A stretch of 46,018 nucleotides of DNA from Candidatus Microgenomatus sp. (GCA_020724555.1 DYGT01000001.1:131197-177214); one strand, 5' to 3'. Shown: positions 1 through 9,874, counted from the stretch's first letter. The notes: generated by a model not told the origin, from the letters alone. Made by a program: numbers and translations.

Positions 1-262
1 TTACTAAGACAAACCCCAAAAGGGCATTGGTTATTTTTCCTTTCGCACTCTCAACCTTTTTGGGATCACCGCCAGATAGCATATAAGAGAAACCTCCTGA
101 AATAAGGTATAGCAAAAGTAATACGCCTGCACCAAAAAAAGATATAGTTACTATGCTAATTGGGCCAGAAACAAGATTGGCAAGCCTTGTGCTGTTATTA
201 AACTGAGGTGCCGTAACTTTTTGCAAGTAATCAAAATGGATTTGAGATATTTGGTTGTTCAT
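1..262 (-). CDS. TrbC/VirB2-like pilin (runs off window start)
   Basis: Manual translation MNNQISQIHF...LLYLISGGFSYMLSGGDPKKVESAKGKITNALLGFVLV; same SGGDPKK..AK motif as the neighbouring pilins; absent from the ORF track. Confidence 0.75.
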   Translation of the reverse strand, partial: MNNQISQIHFDYLQKVTAPQFNNSTRLANLVSGPISIVTISFFGAGVLLLLYLISGGFSYMLSGGDPKKVESAKGKITNALLGFVLV

Positions 263-288
263 ATTATTAATTTTACCTTAATAATTTA

Positions 289-639
289 TTATGCTGCAAT
301 TTGTGTAATTCCTAGGATATCTATACCAATTATTCTTAAAACAAATACAGACAAAATTAAAAATACAAGTCCTGCGATAGCTGCTGTCAAAAGTTCCTTT
401 CCTGCCTGGACTTTTTTAGGGTCACCTCCTGAGGTGATCAAAAGAAAAGCTGAGTAAAGGATAAAAATAACAGCAATGCCTCCAGCGATACCAATGCTCC
501 AACGAAGAAAAAAGCTTATTAAGGAGCTGCTGTCGTTAATAGGTATGCAGCCTATTGCTGTGTTAAGCTCGTGGTCAAGACAATCTCCACCGCCCTTAGG
601 TCCTTGGGCATGTGCTGTTTTAATAAGTAGATCTATCAT
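289..639 (-). CDS. TrbC/VirB2-like pilin
   Basis: Two hydrophobic helices flanking ITSGGDPKKVQAGKELLTAAIAGL. Confidence 0.8.
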   Translation of the reverse strand: MIDLLIKTAHAQGPKGGGDCLDHELNTAIGCIPINDSSSLISFFLRWSIGIAGGIAVIFILYSAFLLITSGGDPKKVQAGKELLTAAIAGLVFLILSVFVLRIIGIDILGITQIAA

Positions 640-1577
640 TGTATTAGTTGGTTAATTCCTAGTATATCAACTCCGATGACGCGCAAAATAAAGACGGAAA
701 AAATTAAAAACAAAAGTCCGGCAATAGCTGCTGTTAAAAGCTGTTTTGCTGATTGCAGTTTGTATTTGTCACCCGAAGAGGTGATAAAAAGGAAACTAGC
801 ATATAATATCAAAAGTACGGCAAATCCGCCAGCCACTCCAATACTCCACTGAAGTAAAAACCGTAAAAAGTCTGTGTTTGCCTTTATTGGGATGCAGCCA
901 ATAGCAGTGTTTAAGTGAGTTTTAGTATCTTGGTTACAAAAGAGGGAGTTTGGCAGTGCGACAAAAGTCTGGTTAAGCAGGGTAATATCGAGATATTTTA
1001 CAAGAATCGTATAATTCTTGTTATACTCCAGCATGTCTCCGTTAATTCTAAAGTCGATCTCTCCGGCATTAACAGAGTAAAGACTGGTAAAAATCTCTGT
1101 TCCTGTTTCATCAAATATTTGGACGCGTATATCTGTCCAGGCTGGTTCGCAACCGCTTCCTTTAACCGTTACGTTTTTTTTGGTGTCTATCTGTGTTATG
1201 TTTAAAAACTTACAAGACGCTTCGGTTGCTTGTACATAAAGTTCCCTTGTTCCTATTGCTACTCCATCGTAGTAGATTGAGACTGAATAATCACCTTGTT
1301 GAGCAGGTTCGTCAAAAATGTTTAATGATCCTGTTCCTCCATTTACCTCGATGTTGTGAGTTTTTAAATATGTTGTTGTATTGCCTAAAACATCAATGAG
1401 GTAGGTTCCATCGGGTGGATTGCAGTTGGTCAGGTTCAGACTAAATTCTGTTCCTACAGGACCAGCTTGAGGACTTATGTTTATATCACAAGATGACTCT
1501 TGAGCCTTTGTTGGTGAGTTAAATAGCAAAAATAATGTGGTGAGCAATAATATTTTTGCAATAGGTTTCATAAGCAA
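636..1577 (-). CDS. Pilin with extended secreted N-terminal domain
   Basis: Signal peptide, beta-rich region, C-terminal pilin motif TSSGDKYKLQSAKQLLTAAIAGL; shares LNTAIGCIPI with 289-639. Confidence 0.75.
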   Translation of the reverse strand: MLMKPIAKILLLTTLFLLFNSPTKAQESSCDINISPQAGPVGTEFSLNLTNCNPPDGTYLIDVLGNTTTYLKTHNIEVNGGTGSLNIFDEPAQQGDYSVSIYYDGVAIGTRELYVQATEASCKFLNITQIDTKKNVTVKGSGCEPAWTDIRVQIFDETGTEIFTSLYSVNAGEIDFRINGDMLEYNKNYTILVKYLDITLLNQTFVALPNSLFCNQDTKTHLNTAIGCIPIKANTDFLRFLLQWSIGVAGGFAVLLILYASFLFITSSGDKYKLQSAKQLLTAAIAGLLFLIFSVFILRVIGVDILGINQLIQ

Positions 1578-1628
1578 ATACAGTTTAGCATGCAGCTGGG
1601 GGTAGTAGACTACTGGTATAATAAGTAG

Positions 1629-3326
1629 ATGAAAAAATTGCTGCCTCTGGTTTTATTTTTTTTGGCTTTTTTATTTTTAAACCCGCTTCAGATGTCTATA
1701 ACGGGAGAGCCAGATTGTAACAATCCGGAGTTTGGTGAAATAGACGTTTGTCTGCAAAAAATAAAAGCCGAAATCGATGCCCTTACTCCAGCACACGAAG
1801 CCAACAAGCAAGAGTTAACTTCCCTTAACACACAGTTAACTAGCATTAAAGGCCGCATTCAAGGAATTTCTGGCCAGCTAACTAAAGTACAAGGTGAGAT
1901 TGTTGATCGCGAGGAAGACCTTTTATATGCCAAAGAGGTCTTTAATGAAAAGACAAATAACCACTACCGCTTTATCCGCACATATGACCCCATTATTCCC
2001 TTTATTTCAAGCGCTGACGCAACCCGTGCCTTCCGGGAAATATTTTTACGCCAAAAAGCAGCTGATCAAGACCGCTTAACCATGGAAGACCTGGCCACCA
2101 AGTTGGGGCAGCTTAAAAGCGACAAAGAAACTTTAGAAAAAAACCAAGCAGAGCTGGCTTCTCTTCAGGCTCAAGTTAATAATCGCGCCCAGTTTTTGGG
2201 TGGGGAAATAGAAAAAGTGGAAAGTTATCTAACTGAACTTAGTGCCAAACAAGAGCAATTGGTGGCTTTGAAAGAGGGTGGTTTTCAAACCTCCATTGGA
2301 GATACGCCACCAACCCTGGAGCCTTGTAGTGGCCCTCCGGGATCAGCCAATTTCTGTAACCCAGGATTTAGTCCAGCATTTGCAGCCTTTAGCTTTGGAG
2401 CTCCCCATAGAACCGGCATGAGCCAGTATGGTGCGTATGGAAGAAGCAAATCTGGCCAAAGCGCGGAAGAGATTTTGTCGGCTTATTACCAGGGGGCATC
2501 TTTAAATAAAGGCTATCCTGTGCCAGATACCATTGAGGTTCAAGGGATAGGGCGCGTTTCTTTTGAGGATAATTATTTAATGGGAATATACGAAGTCCCC
2601 GAATCTTGGGGAAATAATGGCGGGTTTGAAGCGCTTAAGGCCCAGGCTGTAGCTGCCCGCAGCTACGCCTTGGCCGTTACAAACAATGGCGCTGGATCAA
2701 TTTGCACGAGTGAGGCATGCCAGGTCTACAAACCACAGCTTAAAACCGGTAAATGGGCGGAGGCGGTTCGGGCTACCCGCGGATGGGTGCTGGTAAAAGA
2801 TGGCGGTCCGGCGAAAACGTATTATGCCTCAACGGCAGGAGGGTTTACGATAAGTCAGTGGGGATGGAGCGGGATTAAAGATACAAACGGTTCGTGGCCG
2901 GACAACGCTTATGAAAAAATTGCGGGTTCACCCTGGTTTTATAAAGGCTGGTATAAAAGCCGGGGTGGGTCAAGCTGTGGGCGCAGTAATCCATGGTTAA
3001 CAAGTGCGGAAATGGCAGACATTTTAAATGCCTGGAAAGTGCTTTACCAAGGAGGAGGAGATGTGTCGCGCGTGTCTCCGGTGGATACCGCGTGTTGGGG
3101 AGGAAATCCATATTCTGTCGGCGAGCTAGCTGGCATAGGGGGCTTTTCGTCCGTAAATAGTGTGTCGGTTGTTTATTCCAATAATGGCACAACCAGCTCA
3201 GTCCGCTTTGGTACAAACAAGGGCGCAGTAACCATTAGTGGTGAAGAATTTAAAAGAGCATTTAACCTAAGAGCCCCCGGGTACATCGGCATCAAGTCAA
3301 GCCTGTATAATATTGAGCAGATTTAA
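1629..3326 (+). CDS. SpoIID/LytB-domain protein with N-terminal coiled coil (putative peptidoglycan lytic enzyme)
   Basis: Motifs GMSQYGAYG, EALKAQAVAARSYA, CQVY; signal peptide and long coiled coil. Confidence 0.85.
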   Translation: MKKLLPLVLFFLAFLFLNPLQMSITGEPDCNNPEFGEIDVCLQKIKAEIDALTPAHEANKQELTSLNTQLTSIKGRIQGISGQLTKVQGEIVDREEDLLYAKEVFNEKTNNHYRFIRTYDPIIPFISSADATRAFREIFLRQKAADQDRLTMEDLATKLGQLKSDKETLEKNQAELASLQAQVNNRAQFLGGEIEKVESYLTELSAKQEQLVALKEGGFQTSIGDTPPTLEPCSGPPGSANFCNPGFSPAFAAFSFGAPHRTGMSQYGAYGRSKSGQSAEEILSAYYQGASLNKGYPVPDTIEVQGIGRVSFEDNYLMGIYEVPESWGNNGGFEALKAQAVAARSYALAVTNNGAGSICTSEACQVYKPQLKTGKWAEAVRATRGWVLVKDGGPAKTYYASTAGGFTISQWGWSGIKDTNGSWPDNAYEKIAGSPWFYKGWYKSRGGSSCGRSNPWLTSAEMADILNAWKVLYQGGGDVSRVSPVDTACWGGNPYSVGELAGIGGFSSVNSVSVVYSNNGTTSSVRFGTNKGAVTISGEEFKRAFNLRAPGYIGIKSSLYNIEQI

Positions 3327-3368
3327 TTTTTAACAATCTAACATAAAAAATGTATAATAAAAGCCAAG

Positions 3369-4070
3369 ATGCCAGATATTTTTGTATCCGAACAGGGAAA
3401 AAAGCCGAAAGTAAAAAAAACACACAAAAAGTTACACCGCCTAAGTCACGACCCTGAAGAGTTAAGAAAAACGCTTCAGAAAGAAATACAAGATGAACTT
3501 CCCAAGTCTACCTATAAGGCTATCTCGGCCTTTAATTATTATCCACACCGCGTGAAGTTTGTGGGAGCTGATAATAAAGAGCATATAATCCTGCTTTTAA
3601 GAAGGCACCCCATTACAAATATTGGTTGGATTTTGACTGTTATCTTAATGCTTCTTGCTCCTATGTTTTTAAGTTATGTTGTGCCGGTTGTTGAGCTTCC
3701 GGCTAATTATCAGCTGGTGGCTTTAATGTTTTGGTATTTGATTACCCTTGCCTTTGCCATTGAAAAATTTATTAGCTGGTTTTTTAATGTCAATATCGTT
3801 ACCGACGAGCGTATATTTGACGTAGATTTTGTGCATCTTATTTATCGGGAGATTACGGATGCGAATTTAGACCAAATTCAAGACGTTACTACCCAAGTTG
3901 GGGGAGTAATCCGCACAATGTTTAATTTTGGCAATGTTATGGTTCAGACAGCCGCAGAAATACCCCAAATTGAATTTATCTCGGTCCCTAAGCCGGATGT
4001 GGTTGCCCAAATTTTACGTGAGCTCAGGGTGGAAGAGGAAGTCGAAAAAATTGAAGGGAGGGTAAGGTGA
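3369..4070 (+). CDS. Membrane protein with bacterial PH-like domain
   Basis: LLLRRHP, two TM helices, IVTDERIFD and FNFGNVMVQTA pattern. Confidence 0.7.
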   Translation: MPDIFVSEQGKKPKVKKTHKKLHRLSHDPEELRKTLQKEIQDELPKSTYKAISAFNYYPHRVKFVGADNKEHIILLLRRHPITNIGWILTVILMLLAPMFLSYVVPVVELPANYQLVALMFWYLITLAFAIEKFISWFFNVNIVTDERIFDVDFVHLIYREITDANLDQIQDVTTQVGGVIRTMFNFGNVMVQTAAEIPQIEFISVPKPDVVAQILRELRVEEEVEKIEGRVR

Positions 4071-4303
4071 GTTTAGACCAACTAATAAATTTTGAGTTTT
4101 CCGGGTCGCTTTGGCTTTTGTTAAGAGCCTTTTTGTTGCTAGGCCTTTTTATATATTTGATATTTTCCTCGGTTGTTATCCGTCAAATAAACCAAATGAC
4201 CAACACACTGGAGGTAGGGTTTGAAGGGCCTATTCGGTTTTTAGGCTGGATACACCTTTTTTTGGCATTAGGTACATTTGTGGTAGCGTTTGTGATACTG
4301 TAA
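4067..4303 (+). CDS. Small two-TM membrane protein
   Basis: Overlaps upstream stop (GTGA coupling); hydrophobic; VIRQINQMTNTL motif. Confidence 0.7.
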   Translation: MSLDQLINFEFSGSLWLLLRAFLLLGLFIYLIFSSVVIRQINQMTNTLEVGFEGPIRFLGWIHLFLALGTFVVAFVIL

Positions 4304-4326
4304 GGGTAGCTACCCACTTTATATTT

Positions 4327-6228
4327 ATGCCGCTTAATTACACCTCCACTAAAGTTGTAGGCAACCCTGACGCTTCTGGTTGGGTTCAGGTTCACGATTA
4401 TGTTCCGGATTCGCAAGAAAAAATTGTGCGTCGTGGCCGGCTATACGCCGTTATTTCTACACAAACTATAGATAGCGAAGGCCAGCTTTACCAAAACGAT
4501 AAGCAAAGGCTTGAAATGGGCAGGGAGATTTTGGCCAGATTGCACGAAGAGTATTATGGTCAGTTAGAAGATAGTGCATTTAATTGTCTTGTCGGTGCGG
4601 TTAGCCGGGTTTCGTCTGAATTTACTTCCAGGCAGATGAATGTAGAAATTGGTGCTTTGGTGTTTTTGAACGATAATTTGCTCGGGGCTTGTGCAAATGG
4701 TGCCGTATTATTGGTGTTGCGTCACGGGCAATTAGTACCTTTAATTACCACTCAACGCGGCAATCATCTGTCTGTATCCGGGAAAATAGTTATCGGGGAC
4801 AAATATATAATTGGCACACAGCAGCTTCTCCATACAATCTCAGAAGGGATATTAAAAGGGTCTTTAGAAACAGACGGTTTGGCGGAATTTTCAGAAACAA
4901 TAACTCCAAAAATATTAAATTCACCCCGGGCAAGTTCAACCGGAATTTTAGTAGTTGAAATTGAGGAGAAATATCCGGTAAGAAGCGATGAACAGCGGGT
5001 TGTTCTGGCCGCCTCTCAGCCACAAATAACAAAAGCCCCTAAAATTAAAAATAAATTGGTTGGTTTTATCGATACTTTGCTGGCACACCTTCCAGACCCG
5101 CGATTAAAAGTAAAACCAGATACCATAGATGTAGAAACCGGCAGAAAAAGAAAAAGTTTACCCTTGGTTGGTTTTTTAATCTTAATAATTTTGGCAGCAA
5201 GTATTGTGTTTGGCGTTAAGCAAAAAAACGCGAAAGAAAAACAAGCTGAATTAATGGGTCGTATTTCTGAAATTGAGCGCGAATACGAAGAGGCTCAAAG
5301 CTTGGTTGGACTAAACAAAGCTCGTGCCAAAGAGCTTTTGCTGTCTGCCAGGGCAGACGCACAAAAACTTAAAGAAGGCCAAGGTGCGGAAAGTGAAGAG
5401 TTGGACAAACTCGTTCAAAATATTAGCAATAGCCTTGGTCCTGTTGCCGGAGTTTATGAAGTTAACCCCGAGCTTTACCTGGACACGTCACTTATAAGCC
5501 AAGGTTTTCAAGCTACCAAATTGGTTTATTCTGATGAAGCGATTTTGGTAATGGATGACAAAAATAGAAAAATAGTAAGCATTGAGCTTGAAAATAAAAC
5601 CACCGAATTTGTGGCCGGACCGGATTATTTAAAGGACGCCTTGGATTTGGCATTTTATGCTGGCCGCAGCTTTGTCTTAAGCTCAGACGGAGTAAGAGAA
5701 ATTACCGAAGATGTTGAACTTATTGTTAAACCTGAAGATTGGGATCCCAAGCAGGTTTTGATTTCTGCGTTTGCCGGTAATTTATATGTTTTGGATCGCA
5801 AAAACAACCAGATTTGGCGCTATCCCGGTGTTCAGCTGGGTTCATCCCCAAAAGAGGCGTGGTTAGCCCCCGGGGTTGAACCGGATTTTTCGGAAGTAGA
5901 AGCGCTGGGTATAGACGGGTCTGTTTGGGTTTTAACCAAAAGCGGGAAAGTTGAAAAATATACCCGCGGCAATAAAGACAACTTTTCCGTAAAAGACCAC
6001 GAAAACAATTTTTCTTTTAGTAAGTTTTATGTTGACGAAGATAGTGAATATTTATATTTTTATGATTCTTTGCAAACCAAGTTTTTAAAATTTTCCCAAG
6101 ACGGCGAGTTTGAGTCTGAGTACGTTAACCCCCAGTTTACTGCTGTTGACGGGTTTGTTGTTTCTGAATCGCAAAATAAGCTTATTTATTTAAAAGAAGG
6201 AAAATTATATGAATTTAAACTTAATTGA
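4327..6228 (+). CDS. Membrane-anchored protein: degenerate PP2C-like N-terminus, TM helix, probable beta-propeller C-terminus
   Basis: 633-aa ORF, central TM segment, NHL-like repeats (GNLYVLDRKNNQIWRY, IDGSVWVL). Confidence 0.6.
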   Translation: MPLNYTSTKVVGNPDASGWVQVHDYVPDSQEKIVRRGRLYAVISTQTIDSEGQLYQNDKQRLEMGREILARLHEEYYGQLEDSAFNCLVGAVSRVSSEFTSRQMNVEIGALVFLNDNLLGACANGAVLLVLRHGQLVPLITTQRGNHLSVSGKIVIGDKYIIGTQQLLHTISEGILKGSLETDGLAEFSETITPKILNSPRASSTGILVVEIEEKYPVRSDEQRVVLAASQPQITKAPKIKNKLVGFIDTLLAHLPDPRLKVKPDTIDVETGRKRKSLPLVGFLILIILAASIVFGVKQKNAKEKQAELMGRISEIEREYEEAQSLVGLNKARAKELLLSARADAQKLKEGQGAESEELDKLVQNISNSLGPVAGVYEVNPELYLDTSLISQGFQATKLVYSDEAILVMDDKNRKIVSIELENKTTEFVAGPDYLKDALDLAFYAGRSFVLSSDGVREITEDVELIVKPEDWDPKQVLISAFAGNLYVLDRKNNQIWRYPGVQLGSSPKEAWLAPGVEPDFSEVEALGIDGSVWVLTKSGKVEKYTRGNKDNFSVKDHENNFSFSKFYVDEDSEYLYFYDSLQTKFLKFSQDGEFESEYVNPQFTAVDGFVVSESQNKLIYLKEGKLYEFKLN

Positions 6229-6586
6229 ATTGGGTTCCTTGATTATCACTTTGTACCTGATTTATTTGCTCCTCCGTGTTGCGGTTAACAAAAGCTCCGT
6301 AGCCAAAATAAGTAGCAATCCCTGCCAAAGCCAGTATCAAAATACCAATAATTATATAGATAATAATTTTAAAGCCAGAAGAGGATTTGCTGGTACTGCT
6401 GGTAGTTACTACTGTTTGAGTTGGTTGAGCGGGGTTATTTGGAGTTTGTGGTTGGCTTTGGTTGAAAGCCTCGTTAATGTCAATGGTCTGCCATCCTTGG
6501 GTGATTAAGCTTTGGGTAATGTCTTCACGGGAAAAGCCATGGCTTTGCTGCGTTTTAATATAGTTAAGAAGCTCTTGTGTAACCAT
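6221..6586 (-). CDS. Hypothetical single-TM protein
   Basis: LLNYIK...GFSREDI...GW...INEAF N-terminal module, Q/P/T linker, TM helix. Confidence 0.75.
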   Translation of the reverse strand: MVTQELLNYIKTQQSHGFSREDITQSLITQGWQTIDINEAFNQSQPQTPNNPAQPTQTVVTTSSTSKSSSGFKIIIYIIIGILILALAGIATYFGYGAFVNRNTEEQINQVQSDNQGTQFN

Positions 6587-6644
6587 TTAATAAAATAATT
6601 GTAGCAGCCAAATAAAGTTTTACACAAGAAGAGAAGTTGTTTTT

Positions 6645-7032
6645 TGGTGGAGACGGAGGGAGTCGAACCCTCGTCCGAAAAAGTTCTTAAAAAAACGTCT
6701 ACAAGCTTATCTTGTTGTTTATGGTGTTCCAAAAACATAAAAAGTTAACAAGAAAACCGTTTTTGGTAAGACCTAAAAAGTCTTAGGTTAATGATTAAAG
6801 GTCAAAATCATGGTAACCGCATCCTAACTTGGGTTTATGCCTCAAAAGTACAGTTAGGAAAAATAGCTTATGAGACACCAATTAGGCATATGCGTAGGCA
6901 AAGCCTTGTTTTGGAGTGTACGAATAATCATCGTCACTTATTTATATTGATTTAAGAGATTTACGAGTGTAAAACCGCCACTCGGCTTGCAGTTTTTTTA
7001 ATGTGCTTTCCGTCGATACCAAGTGCGTCCCC
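6645..7032 (-). ncRNA. ssrA: tmRNA; predicted tag (A)DDDYSYTPKQGFAYAYA*
   Basis: 5' GGGGACG..CGAC, 3' GAGGGTTCGACTCCCTCCGTCTCCACCA, internal tag ORF; begins 1 nt after the smpB stop. Confidence 0.95.
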
Positions 7033-7033
7033 A

Positions 7034-7462
7034 TTAATACTTCTCTAGCGATTCCCGTTCCATTTGCCTATCAAGGTCTCGTTTTTTGATCTTTTCCCTT
7101 TTTTGAAAATTCTTTTTTGCCTTAACTAGGGCAACCTCTACCTTGATGAGTCGGCCTTTAGTATACATGAATAAAGGTATTAAAGTCAATTTTTTAGCTT
7201 TGACGGCATTTTCCAGTTTTTCGATTTCGCGTTTGTGCAAAAGAAGCTTTCTTGTGCGCGTTGAGCTTAAGGTACCGGGAATTTGCTTAAAATGGGCATT
7301 GATTAAATACATTTGCCCGTTCATAACCCGGACAAAAGCTTCGTTGATGCTAACAGCGCCACTGCGAAAAGCTTTTACTTCGGTGCCACTCAAAACTATA
7401 CCGGCTTCAAATTTATCTAAAATGTTGTATTTAAAATAGGCTTTTTTGTTATTAATTCTCAT
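7034..7462 (-). CDS. smpB: SsrA-binding protein
   Basis: NKKAYFKY, EAGIVLSGTEVK, RTRKLLLHKREI, KREKIKKRD motifs. Confidence 0.97.
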   Translation of the reverse strand: MRINNKKAYFKYNILDKFEAGIVLSGTEVKAFRSGAVSINEAFVRVMNGQMYLINAHFKQIPGTLSSTRTRKLLLHKREIEKLENAVKAKKLTLIPLFMYTKGRLIKVEVALVKAKKNFQKREKIKKRDLDRQMERESLEKY

Positions 7463-7473
7463 TTTAGGTTATA

Positions 7474-8172
7474 TTGTACATGAGTGAGAGAAAAATGGGC
7501 TTAATCGACTTCGTGTTTCCCAAAAATTGTTTTTCGTGCAATAAACAAGGTTATTATTTGTGCCCAACGTGTGTAACGCGGCTAAAACACGCCCCAACGA
7601 ATTGCCCTATGTGCGGCCAATATAATTTTCAGGGGAAAACGCACATTTCTTGCCGACAAAAGTATGGGATGGAAGGAAAATTAGCCTGTTATAGTTACCG
7701 GGGACCAATTAAAAAAGCGCTGGTGCAAATGAAATATCACTATAGCTATAAAATAGCGGAAGAGTTGGCGCGAATTTGTTTAATTGAAGTGAAAAGTTAT
7801 ACTCAATTAATAAACAATTGTGTATTAGTTTCCATACCAACAAAACCCCGAAGATATAATTGGCGTGGGTTTAACCAGGCAGAAATAATCGCCAAAGTGT
7901 GGTCTGACGAATTAAATATCCCTTATTTAGATAATGCCCTAATTAAGCAAAAGTCAACCTTGCCACAAGCAAGGTTGGATAAAGCCCAAAGGGAAAAAAA
8001 TATAAAAAATGCTTTTAGAATTAATGCCGAAAAACAGGAAGCGTTAAATAAGTTTGAAAATATTTTAGTGGTGGATGATGTTTGGACCACTGGCTCAACT
8101 ATGCGCGAAGCGGGGAAAGTATTAAAAAGAAATGGCGCAAAATACGTGTGGGGGATTACGGTAGCAGGTTAA
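7474..8172 (+). CDS. comF: ComF-family phosphoribosyltransferase with double zinc ribbon (start may be 7495)
   Basis: CxxC pairs, RGFNQA, LVVDDVWTTGST. Confidence 0.9.
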   Translation: MYMSERKMGLIDFVFPKNCFSCNKQGYYLCPTCVTRLKHAPTNCPMCGQYNFQGKTHISCRQKYGMEGKLACYSYRGPIKKALVQMKYHYSYKIAEELARICLIEVKSYTQLINNCVLVSIPTKPRRYNWRGFNQAEIIAKVWSDELNIPYLDNALIKQKSTLPQARLDKAQREKNIKNAFRINAEKQEALNKFENILVVDDVWTTGSTMREAGKVLKRNGAKYVWGITVAG

Positions 8173-8215
8173 AGCCTATTTTCCGAAGCTCCTTAAGCGC
8201 ATCCGCGGCAACCCA

Positions 8216-8248
8216 TTTTGCCACCCTAATCCTCGCAATTTTATTGCT
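8216..8248 (-). repeat. 3' trailer shared by tRNA-Ser(GGA) and tRNA-Ser(TGA) (second copy 8863-8895)
   Basis: TTTTGCCACCCTAATCCTCGCAATTTTATTGCT at both sites. Confidence 0.85.
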
Positions 8249-8249
8249 G

Positions 8250-8337
8250 CGGTGAGGGTGGGATTCGAACCCACGGTCCCGCAAGGCGGGACACACGCTC
8301 TCCAAGCGAGCCCGTTCGTCCACTCCGGCACCTCACC
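8250..8337 (-). tRNA. tRNA-Ser(GGA)
   Basis: Cloverleaf with long variable arm, anticodon loop TTGGAGA, GTTCGAATC. Confidence 0.93.
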
Positions 8338-8346
8338 AAATTGTAT

Positions 8347-8808
8347 TTAATCTTCCTCTTTGTTTGTTACTGTTTTTTTGTTAGCTTTATCCCGGTCAAG
8401 CTTTTGTGCTATTTTTTTTGCCTCCCTTAACATTTGTCGGTCTCTTTTTGAGTTTAAACGACGCATTGCTTTGTCGTATTCAAGCCAATCGCTTTCAGCA
8501 AAACCCAAAGCTTCCTCGCCGTCGCGAAAGTGCATTAAATAATATAAAAGCCTTTGTGATACCGGGTTTCCGTTTACTTTTGTAGCTCCACCGCTTCTGC
8601 CAACTTCTTCAAGCACCTTGGCCCTCATTCCTCCTTGTTCTGCCATCATGCGAATTGCCGCGCGGACAGAAGATTCTCCTTTTCGGGCTACGGTTTTTGG
8701 CAATTCCCACTCTTCGTCTTTATCTGTTTTTGTGATAAACCAAAGTCTTTTTTTACCCTCGTTTTTGTAAACGACGGCTGTTGCTACAAGTAATATTTTT
8801 TCTGCCAT
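8347..8808 (-). CDS. NUDIX-fold protein (degenerate Nudix box)
   Basis: WELPKTVARKGESSVRAAIRMMAEQGG; start moved to ATG 8808 because the longer ORF reads through a tRNA-derived repeat. Confidence 0.75.
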   Translation of the reverse strand: MAEKILLVATAVVYKNEGKKRLWFITKTDKDEEWELPKTVARKGESSVRAAIRMMAEQGGMRAKVLEEVGRSGGATKVNGNPVSQRLLYYLMHFRDGEEALGFAESDWLEYDKAMRRLNSKRDRQMLREAKKIAQKLDRDKANKKTVTNKEED

Positions 8809-8831
8809 ATATAAAACACCCCCTTGTTTTG

Positions 8832-8873
8832 GCGGTGAGGGTGGGATTGCTCGTTCCTCCGCTTTTGCCACCC
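8832..8873 (-). repeat. Duplicated 3' end of tRNA-Ser(TGA) plus shared 25-bp insert
   Basis: GCGGTGAGGGTGGGATT matches the tRNA 3' end; adjacent GCTCGTTCCTCCGCTTTTGCCACCC recurs at 9049-9073. Confidence 0.85.
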
Positions 8874-8896
8874 TAATCCTCGCAATTTTATTGCTG

Positions 8897-8984
8897 CGGT
8901 GAGGGTGGGATTCGAACCCACGGTCCCGCAGGGCGGGACATCGGTTTTCAAGACCGACCTATTCGTCCACTCTAGCACCTCACC
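8897..8984 (-). tRNA. tRNA-Ser(TGA)
   Basis: Anticodon arm TCGGT-CTTGAAA-ACCGA, long variable arm. Confidence 0.95.
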
Positions 8985-9031
8985 TTTACTTGTGCACTAT
9001 TGAGTCCCAGCAACTACGCTAGGGGGACCGA

Positions 9032-9073
9032 GCGTAGGTGGTGGGATTGCTCGTTCCTTCGCTTTTGCCACCC
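9032..9073 (-). repeat. Duplicated 3' end of tRNA-Ser(GCT) plus shared 25-bp insert
   Basis: GCGTAGGTGGTGGGATT has 1 mismatch to the tRNA end; insert has 1 mismatch to 8849-8873. Confidence 0.85.
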
Positions 9074-9077
9074 CTCC

Positions 9078-9166
9078 TGGCGGAGGTGGTGGGATTCGAA
9101 CCCACGAACCCGATAAACGGGTCAGGTTTAGCAAACCTGTGCCATCGGCCACTAGGCGACACCTCC
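9078..9166 (-). tRNA. tRNA-Ser(GCT)
   Basis: Anticodon arm CAGGT-TTGCTAA-ACCTG, encoded CCA. Confidence 0.95.
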
Positions 9167-9257
9167 AATAAAAACTAGGTTATTATACCAAGCTTGTCGC
9201 CTTACTTCTATACAAGTTGTTTTCTGACTTAAACGCTTGGGTTGTGTATAATAAATT

Positions 9258-9779
9258 ATGGCCGCCGAAAGCCAAACTCAGACTATGCCCCAAACAAATG
9301 TTAATGCAGCGGAAAAACTGTTATTAACATGGCAGGCGCCATCCCGCCCGTTTAAGCGCAGAAGCCGCGACTTTTATGTAACTTTAGTTGCCATGTCTTC
9401 GATGGTGGGTTTGGTAATTTTTTTAATTGAAGGTTTTATGCCGATAGTTCTTTTGATTTCTTTGGTTTTTTTGTTTTATGTTTTAAGCACGGTTGAGCCT
9501 GAAATTATTGAATATCAAATAACCGATAAGGGCATTAAAATTGCCTCTAAAACAACTAACTGGCAATTGATGAACCGTTACTGGTTTACAAACCGTTTTG
9601 GAAGTACGCTTTTGGTAATAGAAACTTTCAATTTACCGGGAAGGATGGAGCTGGTTGTTGATCCGGGATCAACAGACAAAATTAATGATATTTTAAAAGA
9701 ATATTTAATTTATGAAGAAATTCCTCCTTCAAATCTAGACCGGGTGACAGCCTGGTTTTCCAAATTTTTACCAGATTAG
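9258..9779 (+). CDS. Hypothetical two-TM membrane protein
   Basis: WQAPSRPFKRR, two TM helices, PH-like C-terminus; TATAAT 5 nt upstream. Confidence 0.75.
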   Translation: MAAESQTQTMPQTNVNAAEKLLLTWQAPSRPFKRRSRDFYVTLVAMSSMVGLVIFLIEGFMPIVLLISLVFLFYVLSTVEPEIIEYQITDKGIKIASKTTNWQLMNRYWFTNRFGSTLLVIETFNLPGRMELVVDPGSTDKINDILKEYLIYEEIPPSNLDRVTAWFSKFLPD

Positions 9780-9820
9780 CTAAAACTCCGTTTTTTTATG
9801 TTAAAATATAGCCCAGTAAC

Positions 9821-9874
9821 GCCCTCGTAGTTTTACGATGCGCAAGCATCGGTAAACTCGAGGTGAACCTGTAT
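9821..9874 (+). repeat. Duplicated 5' end of tRNA-Arg plus hairpin insert
   Basis: GCCCTCGTAGTTT at 9821 and 9875; hairpin TTTACGATGCGCAAGCATCGGTAAA between them. Confidence 0.75.

Noticed and set aside
8784-8978. Short ORFs over tRNAs and tmRNA (also 6505-6738, 10012-10216)
   Set aside because: Shadows of RNA genes.
8216-9073. CRISPR array
   Set aside because: The repeats are tRNA-derived and irregularly spaced, and no cas genes are present.
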